A stretch of 64,000 nucleotides of DNA from Mobula hypostoma. Lineage: Eukaryota. The DNA is taken from positions 94,738,001 to 94,802,000 of the forward strand of contig NC_086097.1 in the NCBI RefSeq assembly GCF_963921235.1. Direction: 5' to 3'. The position numbers and the translations under genes were made by a program. Below are positions 24,181 through 37,297 of this stretch, piece after piece. Numbering within the stretch: the stretch's first letter is position 1; each line of letters begins with the position of its first letter. The notes beneath the pieces are model-generated. The model searched no databases and was not told the origin of the DNA. It saw nothing but the letters and a program-made list of their open reading frames with translations.

Positions 24181-24694
24181 GCTTTCCTTCCACAATGCAA
24201 GAACAGGTTGATGGGTTCATCGGCCCGGGTGGGAAGGTGGGGAGAATACAGTTGGGTTAGTGTACATGGAAGGTCCTGTTGCACCTCTCTGTCTCTTCAT
24301 GATTCTGTGACCAGCGAGACTTTGCAGAGCCAGTTGACTTGACCTGCCTGATCCACATTGTAAGCTCTATCGCTGCCCCTGTAGCTGGAACTATTTGCTC
24401 ACTCTTTCCCCATTAGTGCAATAACAACACTTCCACGGCACTGTAGAAAGTAACTTGACATTTACTTTTTGAATGTGAGTGGGTGCTGTTATGCACATTT
24501 ACAGTTGAGTTGCACCTAACAGCACCCTCTCCTATCACTCATTACCTAACACTCTCCGCCTCTGTACACCCACTGAAAGGAATCCCTTGAAAATTATTTT
24601 TAAAAATGCAGACGTTGGAAATCTGAAATAACAACAGAAAATGCTTCAAACACTGTTATATTTATACAGCTTTCCTGGTTACACTGACACTGAC

Positions 24695-25556
24695 TTCCAA
24701 AATGGCAGGAACTGAAGCCTTCGTTGTGGTCTCAGGTTTAGTAGCCCTTTAGTTGTTTTTCATAGGCTCACTGGAATGGTTCTTGGCAGAGAGAGGGAAG
24801 TTAGGGGTCAGGTTAGAGTTTAGGTACAGAGATGTGGGGGAATTAGGCGTCAGCCCAGAGTCTAAGCCTCTTCTCTGTGTTTAAAAGCCAGCGATGTGGG
24901 CATGGGGCATCCACGGGCCAGGCTGGCCTGTCTGGCTGGATGTTGGACTGGCAGACCAACATGGACAAGGGCTGTGCCCACCTCTCCGCCCCCAAGAGTC
25001 AGTGAGCTGTCGGTGGGTTCTGTACAGGCAGCAGGAATGGGGTCTGGCGAATCAGTGTGACCAGAGATAGGGGCCTAGTGTCCGGGGTCCTATCATCAGT
25101 GAGTCTGGAGTTCAAGGCCTAGCATTCAGTAATCGGCAGGTCCTGGGGTCAATGCCAAGGACTGAGGCCCGAGGGTCAAATCGGAAGTCCAGAATTCGGG
25201 CCCCGTGGTCAGAGCCCCCGAACCTGCGAATCTCTGAGAGTCCCCTGGGGAAGTCGAAGTCCGGTGTCTGTGAGCCCAAGTTTGAATCTGCTGGGGGCTG
25301 GAAGCTGAAGAAACGGCCTGCCCTGAGGTTGTGGTTTGGATGAACAGGCCTTGTTTTGGAGTTGGTGTTTCGTTGCTTGTGTTCTTTATTTATTTATGTG
25401 CTGAGCATTGTGGGGATGCCATGTTGGCACCAGAATGCGTGGCGACCCTTGCGGGCTGCCCCCAGACATCCTCGGGCCTGTTGGCTATTAATGCAAACAC
25501 CGCATTTCACTCTATGTTTCCATGTACTCATGATAAATAAACTGGAATCTCGAACT
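24695..25556 (+). mobile_element. Non-autonomous element with CAAAATGGC head and LINE-type tail
   Basis: caaaatggc at 24698; GC-rich body; tail catgtactcatgataaataaactggaatctcgaa. Confidence 0.55.
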
Positions 25557-26482
25557 GACTGATCCACTGGGCACTTCCTACAGCTCTGACCTGCACTACA
25601 CATCTTTTGCGTCCCTGTCCAGACCCTTTAACTACCCTCAATAGCCTATCAGGTGGATTATCATCACAGTAAACCTGGCCCCAAATTATCAGAGAACCTA
25701 ATTTTTTTCCTATACATCCCTCCCTCTCTGCAACTTAAAACTAACTTGATTGCTTCTCTTTCCCAGTTTTAACAAATATTGTCAGACCTGAAACATCAAC
25801 TATTTCTCTCTCCACTGACCTGTTGAATGTGTTAGTGAAGCTACACTCACCTCTCCACAGCCTTCATCAGTCAGAACTCACCCCTAACATGTCTACCACC
25901 ACATCTCTCCTCAGAGCCTTCACCAAAACACACTCTTTACCCTGCCAAACCTGACCTACTTATGCCAACACCATTTTATCCTCCCCACGTTGCTACCACC
26001 TTCCCACCTCTGATTTGCCGAGAGTAGGTGAAATTTGCATCTACCCTATTAAGCTCTCAACTCACACATCTTCGCGATGAAGTAGAAAAGCAGAGCACTG
26101 CAAGGAAACCCACAGAGGGAGCAAACCCCACCCGGTCGGCACCCGAGGTCACTGGGCCTGTGAGACAGTGCAGCTGCAAGCTTTCTACCCTTCTCTCACA
26201 GCTGCAAGCACTTGTAACTAGTCGACCTTAACAGGCATATTGCATGCCTCTCACCAGCACACATTTCCACTGAAGAATGAGGTGGCACGTTGGGTGTGAA
26301 ACATCTGGCACGTTGGCAGGCCCATCGGAGGGCCTGTTCATAATGTCTAACAACATGGAGGAGCAACTCTACTAAAGACTTTGAGGCACGTCCCTGACGG
26401 AAAGAAGGCTAATTTCGTCAACAAAATGATGCCCAAGCTACTTTATTATTGTACAAGCGATTGAGCAGCTTTCTGTCAGCCA

Positions 26483-27745
26483 TAGACCACAGAACATAGA
26501 ACTATACAGCAGAGAAACTAGGCCCTGCAGGTCGAACATGATGTCAAATTAAACTAATTCCTTCTTGCCGGCACAGGATCCCTCCATTTTCTGCATATTC
26601 ATGTGTCTATCGAAAAACCTCTCGAACACCTCTATCATATCTCAGAATCAGGTTTATTATCACCAGCATGTGACGTGAAATTTGTTAACTTAGCAGCAGC
26701 AGTTCAATGCAATACATAACCTAGCAGAGAAAAATAAATAAATGAACAAGTAAATCAATTACGTATATTGAATAGATTTAAAAAACGTGCTAAAACAGAA
26801 ATACTGTATATTAAAAAAAAGTGAGGTAGTGTCCAAAGATTCAATGTCCATTTAGGAATCCGATGGCACAGGGGTAAAAGCTGTTCCTGAATCGCTGAGT
26901 GTGTGCCTTCAGGCTTCTGTACCTCCTACCTGATGGTAACAGTGGGAAAAGGGCATGCCCTGGATGCTGGAGGTCCTTAATAATGGACGCTGCCTTTCTG
27001 AAATACTGCTCCCTAAAGATGTCCTGGGTACTTTGCAGGCTAGTGTCCAAGATGGAGCCGACTAGATTTACAACCTTCTGCAGCTTCTTTCAGTCCTGTG
27101 CAGTAGCCCCTCCATACCAGACAGTGATGCAGCCTGTCAGAATGCTCTCCATGGTACAACTATAGAAGTTTTTGATTGTATTTGTTGACATGCCAAATCT
27201 CTTCAAACTCCTAATAAAGAATAGCCACTGTCTTGCCTTTTTTATCGATATGTTGCGACCAGGTTAGATCCTCAGAGATCTTGACACCCAGAACTTGAAA
27301 CTGCTCACTCTCTCCACTTCTGATCCCTCTATGAGGATTGGTATGCGTTCCTTCGTCTTACCCTTTCTGAAGTCCACAATCAGCTCTTTCGTATTACTGA
27401 CGTTGAGTGCCAGGTTGTTGCTGTGGCACCACTCCACTAGTTGGCATATCTCACTCCTGTACACCCTCTCGTCACCACCTGAGATTCTGCTGTGACTATC
27501 ACTGTTCCAGGCACCTACCACCCTCTATGTAAAAATATTGCCTTTTAAACTTTCCCTCTCTCACCTAAAAGCTTCGCTCTCCAGTATTTGACATTCTTAT
27601 CTGGAAAAATAAGACTGAATGTCCAACTCATGAATGCTTCTCATAATTTTATTCACTTCTATCAGATCTCCTCTCAGCCAATCTTCCCTTATGCCTCATC
27701 TGGGCTGGATCCTCACAAACCTCTTTTCAACTTGCACAACAGTCA
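26483..27745 (-). mobile_element. CR1 3' fragment split by a Rex/Babar insertion
   Basis: CR1 tail gaccacagaacatagaac at 26485-26502; CR1 sequence resumes at about 27490. Confidence 0.7.
26643..27488 (-). mobile_element. Relatively young Rex/Babar LINE 3' fragment
   Basis: WCHSNNLALNVSNTKELIVDFRK; RKAASIIKDLQHPGHALFPLLPSGRRYRSLKAHTQRFRNSFYP; tail ataataaacctgattctga. Confidence 0.92.
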
Positions 27746-27806
27746 GCAGAAATAGCCATCCACCAGAGCATCACAAATGGCACCCTCCCAAAATCCATAG
27801 TCCCGA

Positions 27807-27945
27807 ACACAAAACGCTGGAGGAACTCAGGAGGCCCGAAACGTCGACGGTTTACTCTTTTCCATTGATGCTGCCTGGGCTGCTGAGTTCCTCCAGCATT
27901 TTGTGTGTGTTTCTCGGATCTCCAGCATCTGCAGATTTTCTCCTG
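27807..27945. mobile_element. Fold-back Penelope-type pLTR remnant with half hammerhead
   Basis: 24-nt inverted repeat 27807-27830 / 27883-27906 (one mismatch) enclosing ggcccGAAACGTCgac. Confidence 0.75.
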
Positions 27946-28787
27946 CCAAAAGGCCCGCATCCCTACAGGAGCCGGAGAGGGCCCGAAAGCCTTGATCTCT
28001 GTTCACCACGTGGCGGAGCAAATAGCTGGGAGGTTCGCAGACACAAAGTGCCTAGCAATGGGAGCAGCCTCACGGCCTTAATGCCGTTGAGAGAGGAGGG
28101 AACATCATGGGTGAATGAGCAAAATCGGCCTGGCTTTCATCTCTAGTTCCAACAACCTGCCTTTCCGGTCTATTTGGGCCAGTGCTTAAATCGTCCAAAC
28201 ACCCTTCACTTCTTTATCCTTTCCCACTCTTCCTAGTGAGGACCATGCTTTGAACAGAGCACCATAACCATGCTCTGGCTCATTAATATCACCATAGAAT
28301 GGTCAATGGTTTGCTCATCTTCCTCAGGAAATGACAGCCTGTGTCAGAGGTGTGTTACATTGGCGTTTCTCTCCAGCAGGGCAGAAGAAAATGTAATGGG
28401 TTCCTTTTAGATGTAGAGCTGAAGTGCTTTTCCTAACAGAGATGCCCAATTCCAGCCTGAGGCATGAGCTTCCACTTCTGCGGACAACTTGGCACAGACT
28501 AACGATGTGGTCCTTGCCCTGCTCTGGGATTACAGGATTACAGCAATGGCTGAGACAAGGGGATCAGGCTGCACAAGCCCTAGCATTTCACATGCTGTTA
28601 CCTGCTGATGATTGCTATTTAAACAGCCAGGGCAGGTGTCCTGTTCTACTCTGAGGGGAACGCCTACTGTTACATCAATTTTCCAGGGCGCCAGGCTTGC
28701 ACTGAAGTTTTCAGGGCTGCAGAGCCTTCCTGAAGAACTTTGCAACAATTGTGTGCTGTGCAAAGCAACAACCTCTTGTGGGGTATG

Positions 28788-29291
28788 CAGTACTGCCTAG
28801 GCACATATTCTGTATATAGCTAGGGCGCAAAAGACTTTTGCACGGTATTGTATTCGTCAACGTGGAGCAGAGAGCAAGTCTGGGAATGGTGAGGGTGAGT
28901 GCCATGGGAGGGGTGTGGGACAGGTGGCAGAGAAAGTGTGTTGGGGGGAATGGCCCAGGTACAGACACACCCAGCCCTGAGACACCAGGCAAGGTCATTT
29001 GATTCCAAACAATTGCTTTATTGATCATTACAGACCATCTCTCTGGTTCTTCTCACTCCCTCCCCTCTCCCTTCCCCTTTTCCCAACCATGACCCCCCTC
29101 TCCCTGTCCCCTTCCCACTCTCAGTCCACAACAGAAGCCCAGTTGTTATCATCACTCATGAACTTTGCATATGTGAGTGATGATAAATCTGAGAGTACTG
29201 TAGTAATTTTATGTCTTGCCGTACAGTGCAAATCACTGCAGTACTGTGCAGAGGTTTTAGGCACCCTAGTTTTAGACCTTTGCACAGTACT
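28788..29291. mobile_element. Second copy of the composite MITE-cargo-MITE element
   Basis: Same internal sequence (cccagccctgagacaccaggcaaggtcatttgattccaaacaatt) and terminal cagtactg...cacagtac hairpins. Confidence 0.75.
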
Positions 29292-29319
29292 TACACTCAG
29301 TGACCACTTTATGAGCCAC

Positions 29320-30618
29320 CACTCTACTTTCTAGAAGAAGGGAAGGCTGCTGACGGGTCCGAGATACATGATTTTGGGCTTGCAGTAGAGAACGAGCTTG
29401 TCAGTGAACTCTCGAATGGGGATCAGTGAACGTCTCATGACGATCCATTCAGTGCTTGGCAACAGCCAGGTGGCATCTGTGTGATTGCTTATGCACCAAA
29501 TCTGCATTCACATACCTGCCACAGGTAACCCCCATTGTGCATGGGACGGACAACAGGCTTTCCAACCTCAACTGGTTCTCACATACCTGAAATAGGTAAC
29601 CCCTGTTGTGCATGGGATGGACAACAGGCTTTCCAACCTCAACTGGTTCAAGGCCAAGAACAAGACCAGCACCACCACTGTCACGGAGCTTCAGTATGCC
29701 AATGAGGTCATCACAACACGCTCTGAAGAAGATCTCCAATGTAACCTGAATGCCCCTGGCAAGGCAGAGGCCCTATACCAGCCACTGCCTGACCCTCCAT
29801 AAAAGTTGACGATATCACCCTTGAAAATGTAGACCACTGTCTCTACCTCGGTAGCATTCCCTCCTCAAAAGCAGATATCTTCTCAGAGGCCTACTACCAC
29901 CTAATGGAGCCCAAGCAAGATTAAGGAAAAGTGCCTTTGAAGACTGCCACCTACAGGTCCAAACAAAACTTTTGGTCTGTAGAGCAGTCATCCTTCCTAC
30001 TTTACTGTATGGAGATAGACCATGGATCATCTTTTGTACAGTAGGCACATGAAGGCCCTGGAACAATGCCACCAAAGATCCTTAGGAAAGATTTTTAGAT
30101 CAGCTGCAAGGATAGACACACTAACACCAGTGACCTGCAGGAGGTCCACATGAACAGCATCTTCACCATGATAAAGTAACACCAACTCCAGTGGGTAGGT
30201 CAATTCATCTGGATGTCCAACTCACGTCTCCCCAAACAGATCCTTTACTCCCAGTTGAAGGGAGGCCAGCGAGCCCCTGGAGGCCAAAGGAAATGCTTCA
30301 AAGGTAACATCAAAATCAGGCCGAAGAAATTCAACATTATATCTAAAAACTGGGAAGACATTACACTCAAAACATACACCTGCAGGATATCTGTTCAAGA
30401 GGGAGCTGTGTTGCTGACAGTGACCTCTGCTGTGCTGCAGAGAACAAACGGCAGCTGCAAAAGGAGAGAAGGAACAACCAATAGACCCAAACGCTAACCA
30501 CAGCCACCACTTACTCCTCCCACACTGCACCAGAATATGTGGATCCCTGAGGAATCACCAATAGACAACCCCCTAGGAGACCATCTTACTCAACTCGAGT
30601 GATCTTAATGCTACTACT
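29320..30618 (+). mobile_element. RTE-clade LINE, internally deleted
   Basis: EN remnant GISERLMTI...AYAP (29425-29498); RT ...TELQYANE (degenerate YADD); SRLPKQILYSQLKGGQRAPGGQRK; (CTA)n tail; ~70-bp tandem duplication at 29510-29649. Confidence 0.85.
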
Positions 30619-30728
30619 ATACCTGTCTAATGTAAATATCTAATCAGCTTTCGTGCGGCAGCAGCTCAACATAAAAGCATGAAGACATGGTCAAAAGGTT
30701 CAGTTGTTCAGACCAAGCATCAAAATAA

Positions 30729-31083
30729 GGCGTGCGCAGCCTCTCCAGTGAAATGATATCATATTTGTTAAATAGGGTACCATGCTCAATTCAATTCTGA
30801 TTTGATGGAGACAGCCGTGAGAAGCACAGAGGAACATCTGGAGAAACTTCTGGAATACCTGGTTCGCTGCCGCTGCTACTGTGTGATTGAGAATCTCCGG
30901 AGGGAAGGCCCCAAATCCTCGGCTTTGCCTGCTGCTGGCGACCGGGGCTGGGGTCGAAGCGTTTGGCAGAGATGGTGCTCGGTGCTCGGTGTCAGAGGAA
31001 TATTGTATCATTTCTTAATGCATGCATTACTAAATGACAATAAAAGAGGACTGTGTGTCCTCATAATCTAATCTAATCTAAAT
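30729..31083 (+). mobile_element. Internally deleted copy of the 49684-50370 element
   Basis: High identity to 49684-50370; (TAATC)n tail. Confidence 0.85.
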
Positions 31084-31689
31084 GTAATCTAAGTTACTTT
31101 GACCGTGGAATGATTGTTGGTGCCAGATGGGATGGTTTGAGCATCTCAGAAACTGCTGATCTTCTGGGATTCTCAAGCACAACAGTCTCTAGGGTTTACA
31201 GAAAACCAGAAAAAAAATCCAGTGAGCGTCAGTTCTGTGGGCAAAAATGCCATGTTAATGAGAGAGGTCAGAGGAGAATGGCCAGACTGGTTCAAGCTGA
31301 CAGAGTAACTCAAATAACCATACTTTACAACAGTGGTGTGCAGAAGAGCATCTCGGAACACACATGTTGAACCCTGAAGTGGATGGGCTGCAGCAGAAGA
31401 AGACCATGAAACATGTACACTCCACTTTATTATGTACGGGAGGTTTCTAATAAAGTAGTCACAACAGTTGTCTTCTATCATCTAAACTGCATGCAACTGA
31501 AAGTCCCTTAACCAAGGGAGTAGGAATGCCTTCTGTGACTGTGTGTGTGGCTCTGCAGAGTTAACAGAGGGAGTTAGCTGTGGCATTAAGCTTCAAAGTG
31601 CAGTTCTGGTGGCTAATTGGAATTGCGCACTGATCGGTGTACTCATCAGACCTAAGCCCAGTGGACAAGCTCACTTACGGGACACTACC

Positions 31690-31975
31690 AGAGTGTAGTG
31701 GTTACCACGGCGCTATTATAGCTCAGGGTGTCAGGATTCAGAGTTCAATCCCAGCATCCTTTGTAAGGAGCTTATACATCCTCCCCATGGAATGCACAGT
31801 TCTCCTCCGGGTGCCCTGCTTTCCTCCCACAGTCCAAAGATGTACCAGTTGGTAGGCTAATTGGTCATTGTAAATTGTCCCCTGGTTAGGCTAGGGTTAA
31901 CTCGGGATTTTCAGGGCTGCTGGCGGTGCAGCTCGAAGGGCTGGAAGGAACTATTCCACACAATATCTCTAAAGA
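31690..31975 (+). mobile_element. tRNA-derived V-type SINE
   Basis: gagttcaatcccagc B box; ttcctcccacagtccaaagatgtacc...taattggtcattgtaaattgtccc. Confidence 0.8.
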
Positions 31976-33657
31976 ATTGAACATGTCAACCGGTGAAACC
32001 CAGACCCAAATGTGGGCATGAGCATTGACTGAAACAGCTTGCCACCTGGAGTACAAAAACTGTTTTTCAATGTCTGCTTTTGTTTTTAATGCAGCATAAT
32101 ATCTGAAAGTCGTTAAAGTTCATCTTTGTGTCATTTCTCACAAATGAGGTAAGCTGTCTTCTGGAGCAAGGAATAAAGATTGTGGTGATAAATTTCGCAC
32201 CCACGGTACAGTGAGGGCTTGTTGGGTTTTGTCACTCATTGTAGATACTCCGTGACACAGAAGAGGTTGGAGTTTTAACCCCATCCGTTTTGACTTGAAA
32301 ACCTCCTGGCTGTATTTTGAATCACTGCCTTCAGAAGTCAGTAGAAGCCTTAGCCGTCTCTTCCATCACTCCAGTCTACTGTTTCTCTTTGTGTGTGATC
32401 ATCCCAATTTTATAACATTACTTTTGGCCTTTGTGGTTTTTGTCTCCAAAGGCTTAAACTCTGGAATTCCCTCCCTAAAATCTTCAATCCTATCACTTGT
32501 CTTTCCCCGTTAGGATTTCTTTTAAGACGTACTACTTTGTCCAAGCTTTTGATCCATATCTTTTCTGTGGATAGAGTCAAACATTGCTAATATCTCTCTG
32601 AGAGATGGTATGACATGTGAACTATGTGGCCTCAAGTGACGTAAGACACTCACGAAGGAGATAAGAGTGCAAGGTAGCACTGACTGAGCTCCTGATTTGT
32701 CATTGTGGCTGACGGAGACTGGCCTAGAGAGCTCGTCTCGAATAGAGTTTCTGCTGGCTTTGGAAACTACAGTATGGAGCGGTAGAGCCCTTCGCAATGT
32801 CTGATGCAAATGCAGAAGCCTAACAGCATCCATGTTTGCTTCAGCCTGAGCTGTGTCAGTTTGAAGTGGTCTTAGTTCTTGCCTGGAGTACTGAACCCCG
32901 GTGATCACAAGGCCCAGGGTGACTCCTTCCTGTCTGTTCTCTAGCCTCCACTGACCCCACCCACCCAAACTCTGACAATGAAATCTCCACCTTTACACCA
33001 ATCTCACTGTCTAAATGATCTCCAACCCCTGGCCACCCAACCTACAATTGCTTTGCACTCTTACCCTCCAGGCACTAACATCCCACCCCCACCAACCCGA
33101 ATCATCTTCACACCTTCTCCAACCGCTTCCTCTGTAATCGCCTCAGTATTGATCTGTGCTGGTGCCCACACACAAAACTGGCCTTTGTGTCCCTCACACT
33201 GTGCTCCTTTACAGTGTCCTTTCTTGCCATATTACAGCTTTTAAACCTTGAGGAAGTAACGAGCACATAGTGGCAGTGGTGAGAATTGCGCTCGGCAGAA
33301 TCCCTGAGGCAAATTTCTCTCCTTCCCTTTGCAGCCCATGCTTCCACTGTAGTGTAGCCTCCTACAGAGAGCCTGCTAAGAGACTCTATAAATAACCCTC
33401 ATCTCAGCTAACCTGACATCACCGTTCACTTCCTCTATTCAGATAACCCCTCCATCCCCAGGTATTGTGAGCTTATTACTGATATGCATCGGTGGCCTCA
33501 GAAACTCAGAAAAATTACACAATATTTTGTAGGCTAACTGCAGATGTCCCAAACCACTGACAACTAACGAGCAGAAACATGGGCATTTAGCAACTATTCA
33601 CCAATACGAGGATCTTTAAAACATTAACTTGTCTTAAGTTACAGTGATATTGTAGAC

Positions 33658-33740
33658 CAGGTGTTCCAAACCTTTTTAATACCGTGGACCCCCCGACCGT
33701 TAACTGAGGGTTCTGTGGACTCCAGGTTGGGAACCTCCTG
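33658..33740. mobile_element. hAT (Charlie-like) MITE, 83 bp
   Basis: TIRs caggtgttccaaacc / ggttgggaacctcctg; 8-bp flanks ttgtagac / gtctagac (nTCTAGAn-type target). Confidence 0.8.
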
Positions 33741-34244
33741 GTCTAGACATTGTAGGATACGCAGTGGCTATAAAATACAAAAACAACTAACCTTAAACTT
33801 GACCATATGTACCAAGCAGGGAATGCTCTACCATTGTCTTCTCACCAGTACACAAGGGACAATAACATGGTCTCCAAGATATCCCAGGTAAAATTGATTG
33901 GGATACTCCAAGCTGCTCCAGGACGCTGTTGTTCGCTTCAGATGTTTGCATGATTTGTATTTTTTTTCTTTCTCTTGCGCATTGAGTGTTGGTCTTTTAT
34001 TTTTATTTTTATTCTTTTTTTTTCTTTAAATTGGGTTCTTTCATGTTTTTTACTTTGTGACCTCCAGTGAACAAGCAGTCTCGAGATTGGATAACCATTC
34101 TTTGATAATAAACGTACCTGAAATTGGATGGAAGTCATATGCGAGGTTCAAAAATAAAAGCAGGTTTTACACCGGTCTGAGAGAGGAAAGGAGATGTGAG
34201 AGTGAGAGACAACACAACTGAGTTTTAATGACGTGGTAGGTTGG

Positions 34245-34512
34245 TCTAGAGGTGCAGCTAATGGAGCTGCTGCCTCACAGCTTCAGAGATCTGAGTTCAG
34301 TTCTGGCCTTGGCACTGTTTGTGTGGAATTTCCCTGCAACTGTGTGGGTTTCCTCCAAACGCTCTGGTTTCCTCCCACATCCCAAAGACATGGCCTCTAT
34401 TGTGTCGCTGGGGAAAACTGGGGAGAATAAAACAGAATGAGTGTAAATGAGTGGTTGAGAGTCAGCACAGAGTCAACGGGCTGAAGGGCCCATGCTCTAT
34501 GAGTCTATGGCT
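34245..34512 (+). mobile_element. tRNA-derived V-type SINE with CR1 tail
   Basis: gctgctgcctcacagcttcagagatctgagttc...ggtttcctcccacatcccaaagac...ctctatgagtctatg. Confidence 0.8.
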
Positions 34513-35404
34513 TCCCTTGGATCTCGTGACCTTTACATTTCAGATCATATTTCAGACATTGCCAACCTGGTAGTCAAGGCAAGATTTAGCAGCACAAACC
34601 TAATGGCAGAGCTTCAGAGTTTTCAAGAAGAAACCACCTTAGAAGGCTGGGAGGAAGTAGGTGGGAAGTTAACACGTAGACAGGTCCAAGATTGATGCCA
34701 GTACGGAAACAGTTAATTCAGAATTACCACTTCACATTAAACCGTGGGAGCAAACGCAAAATCAGCCATTTGAAGCAGAGACAGGTGCTCCTTAGTGAAG
34801 AACGTACTGAGGTTACAGATTGGAGGCGCCAGAAGCTCTCTTAAGCGTTATGCTGAGACTGATGGCCTTCCTCATTATCGTGGGATCTCGTGACGCCAGA
34901 GGGGGTGCAGTGCGAATCGGATTGGCCTTGTGGTGCTCTGAGTCAGACAGATTCTTCAGGCTAACCTACGCTGATCATGCCAACCGATCAGTTGGAGGGA
35001 GAACTCAGTGTAAGAAAACATTCGCCCACTTGCTCCTGTCCTATAGACGTACAGTGTAAGACACAGCAAATTCTTTCCATAGCTTCCAGGGGCTGAGTCA
35101 GAATCGGTGGTGGCTGGATCTGAGAGGACAGTGAAACCTCCTCCTGCTCTGATTAGCTGTTCTGAAAGCTGCTAGGCTTTCACTTTGACTTTTGTGCTCA
35201 CTGATTGCCAACAGACACCAGCTCCACTGATAGAGTCCATTCTATTCTTAGTAAACCATCAATAATTATGTTCCATAGACCCCACTCTGGGGGTGACTTC
35301 TGTATCCACACACCAGCTGGATTGACGAGATCTCTACTGGGCCCTGGAACTGTACAGAATCAGACTCCAAAGTAGCACTTCACTGCTCTCGGCTGCATCT
35401 TATG

Positions 35405-35900
35405 AACAGTGACAAAAAAGGTGATTGTGGACTTCAGGAAGGCACAGGTTAACCGTTGCACGTCAATGGCTCTGCCGTGGAGAGAGAGTGAAGAACACAA
35501 AGTTACTTGGGATGCACATAACGGGCGATCCAACCTGAACCCACAACGCCTCCTTGTTAGTCAGGAAGGCACAGCAGCATCTAAGCTTTCTGAAGAGACT
35601 CAAGTGTCTAAGGCTCGCCGCTCCGATTCGAACAACTTTCTACAGGAGCACCATCAAGAGTGTCCTGTCAGGCTGCATCATTGTGTGGTACGGAAGCTGC
35701 AAGGCATCGGACCGTAAGACCCTACAGAGGGCAGTAAAAATTGCAGAGAATTTCACTAGGGTCTTCCTCACCCCTATTTGTGACATTATGCATGGGATGA
35801 TCTATTTGGGTATCATGTAAAGTAAAAGCTTTTCACTGTATCTCATTCACTGTATTCATCGGAATAAGTAAAAATTTAAAAAAACAATTCCCAATTACGA
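35405..35900 (+). mobile_element. Rex/Babar LINE fragment
   Basis: TKKVIVDFRK; KAQQHLSFLKRL...TFYRSTIKSVLSGCIIVWYG. Confidence 0.85.
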
Positions 35901-36088
35901 TCCACCAACAAGGAGCTACCTTCGACTACAGAAAGGCAGCTAATGCCACAGACTCTGTCCAGCATTGACCCACCTAGAATGTGCAAGAGATGGGAAACTA
36001 TGGTCAACAGGAGAAACACGTAATATCAAATGTGGTGAATGATGATGAGAGGTATACTGTACATAGAGTGAATGGGAAATGACCACAG

Positions 36089-36237
36089 TTTGTAGGTTAA
36101 TTTTCCGCAGTAAATCACCCCTCATGAATTTATAAGGTTTGCAGCTTAATTTTCCACAGTAAGTAACCCCTCATGAATTTATAAGGTTTGCAAGTTAATT
36201 TTCCACAGTAAATCACCCCTCATGAATTTATAAGGGT
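36089..36237. repeat. 3 x 49-bp tandem repeat within a SINE remnant
   Basis: ttaattttcc starts at 36097, 36146 and 36195. Confidence 0.9.
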
Positions 36238-37059
36238 TAGAATCAGGGGATGTGGGAGGGAAAAATATAAGAGTTTAATATCAGCTTAGTGGAAATGGGT
36301 GGGTGATGAAGAGTACAGACGCAATGGGTCGAAGAGCCTCTTTCTATGCTGTATCTCTATGACTCTATGGTTGTTTCCTCTGATGAGAGAGCTAACATGG
36401 ACATTGTGGGCTTAATGGCCTCTTTCTGTAAGGGGTCACCAACATATGATCATGACTGAGAGAGATAGAGTGTGAGAGAGATAGAGTGAAAGAGAGAAGA
36501 GGAACAGGGAAGAATTTCTTTGCTGGGCAAGGAATTTTCTGCGACAGGGAGTGATCAAGACAGAGACATATGGATCTTTTTCAGAGAGAAGCGGACTCAC
36601 ATTTGAAAGTGTGGAAACAAGGCTATAGAGATGGCAAGGGATTAGTGAATGTTTTTCGAGGGAAAACAGCCTTGTTCTATACATAAAACAGACAGCGGCT
36701 GCACTCAACGGGTCAAGCATCAGCTGTGGAGGCAGTTATTTGCCCTGAGGTTCAGGTAAAGACATCAAGACTAAGGATGCAGAAAGAAAGAAAGAAGAGG
36801 TGATAGGGTTAGAGTGAAGCAGCAGCTGAGAGCTGAAAGATGGATCCATGGGAGAAAGGGCTGGTGAGCAGATGAATCCAGGCAGGTGAAGGAGGGGTAG
36901 AGATAACAACAGAGGGTGCGATATGATTGGCTGATGTTGCATTTTAGGACCCTACATTAGGGTGAGGGCCATTATTGAGAGGTGAGATAGGGCTGCCAGG
37001 TGATGGGTGGAGCCTGCTAAGGAGGTGGGCTTATGAGCACATGGAACGAGGTGGGGGAA

Positions 37060-37295
37060 TGTTATGTTTGTAACTTTAAACTAATTGGAAGATAAACAAG
37101 AGAGCCAAGAATGCGTCTCCTGCTCTGTTGTTTACTTTAAGCGAGGAGTGTATGTATCATGTGGTACAGTGATGATGTAGGCAATTCATATATTTATACA
37201 TATAACCCATAATAAATGATTTAAATACACAATCATTCTTAATCAATGAATATATATATGTATAGGATTACTCAAATATAACTGAAATATTAAAT
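37060..37295. mobile_element. Possible truncated Gypsy-type solo LTR
   Basis: Begins tgttatg; AT-rich; cut by the adjoining CR1; no TSD visible. Confidence 0.35.
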
Positions 37296-37297
37296 CC

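Larger units (their letters stand above)
29294..31465 (+). mobile_element. Tc1 derivative (same family as 20338-20886) split by two nested insertions
   Basis: Left TIR cactcagtgaccactttat at 29294; body resumes at 30620-30730 and 31084-31465 (MIVGARWDGLSISETADLLGFS...NERGQRRMARLVQADR); degenerate right TIR ctaataaagtagtcac. Confidence 0.8.

Noticed and set aside
36089..36237. CRISPR-like array
   Set aside because: Contiguous 49-bp tandem copies with no unique spacers, derived from SINE sequence; eukaryotic context with no cas genes
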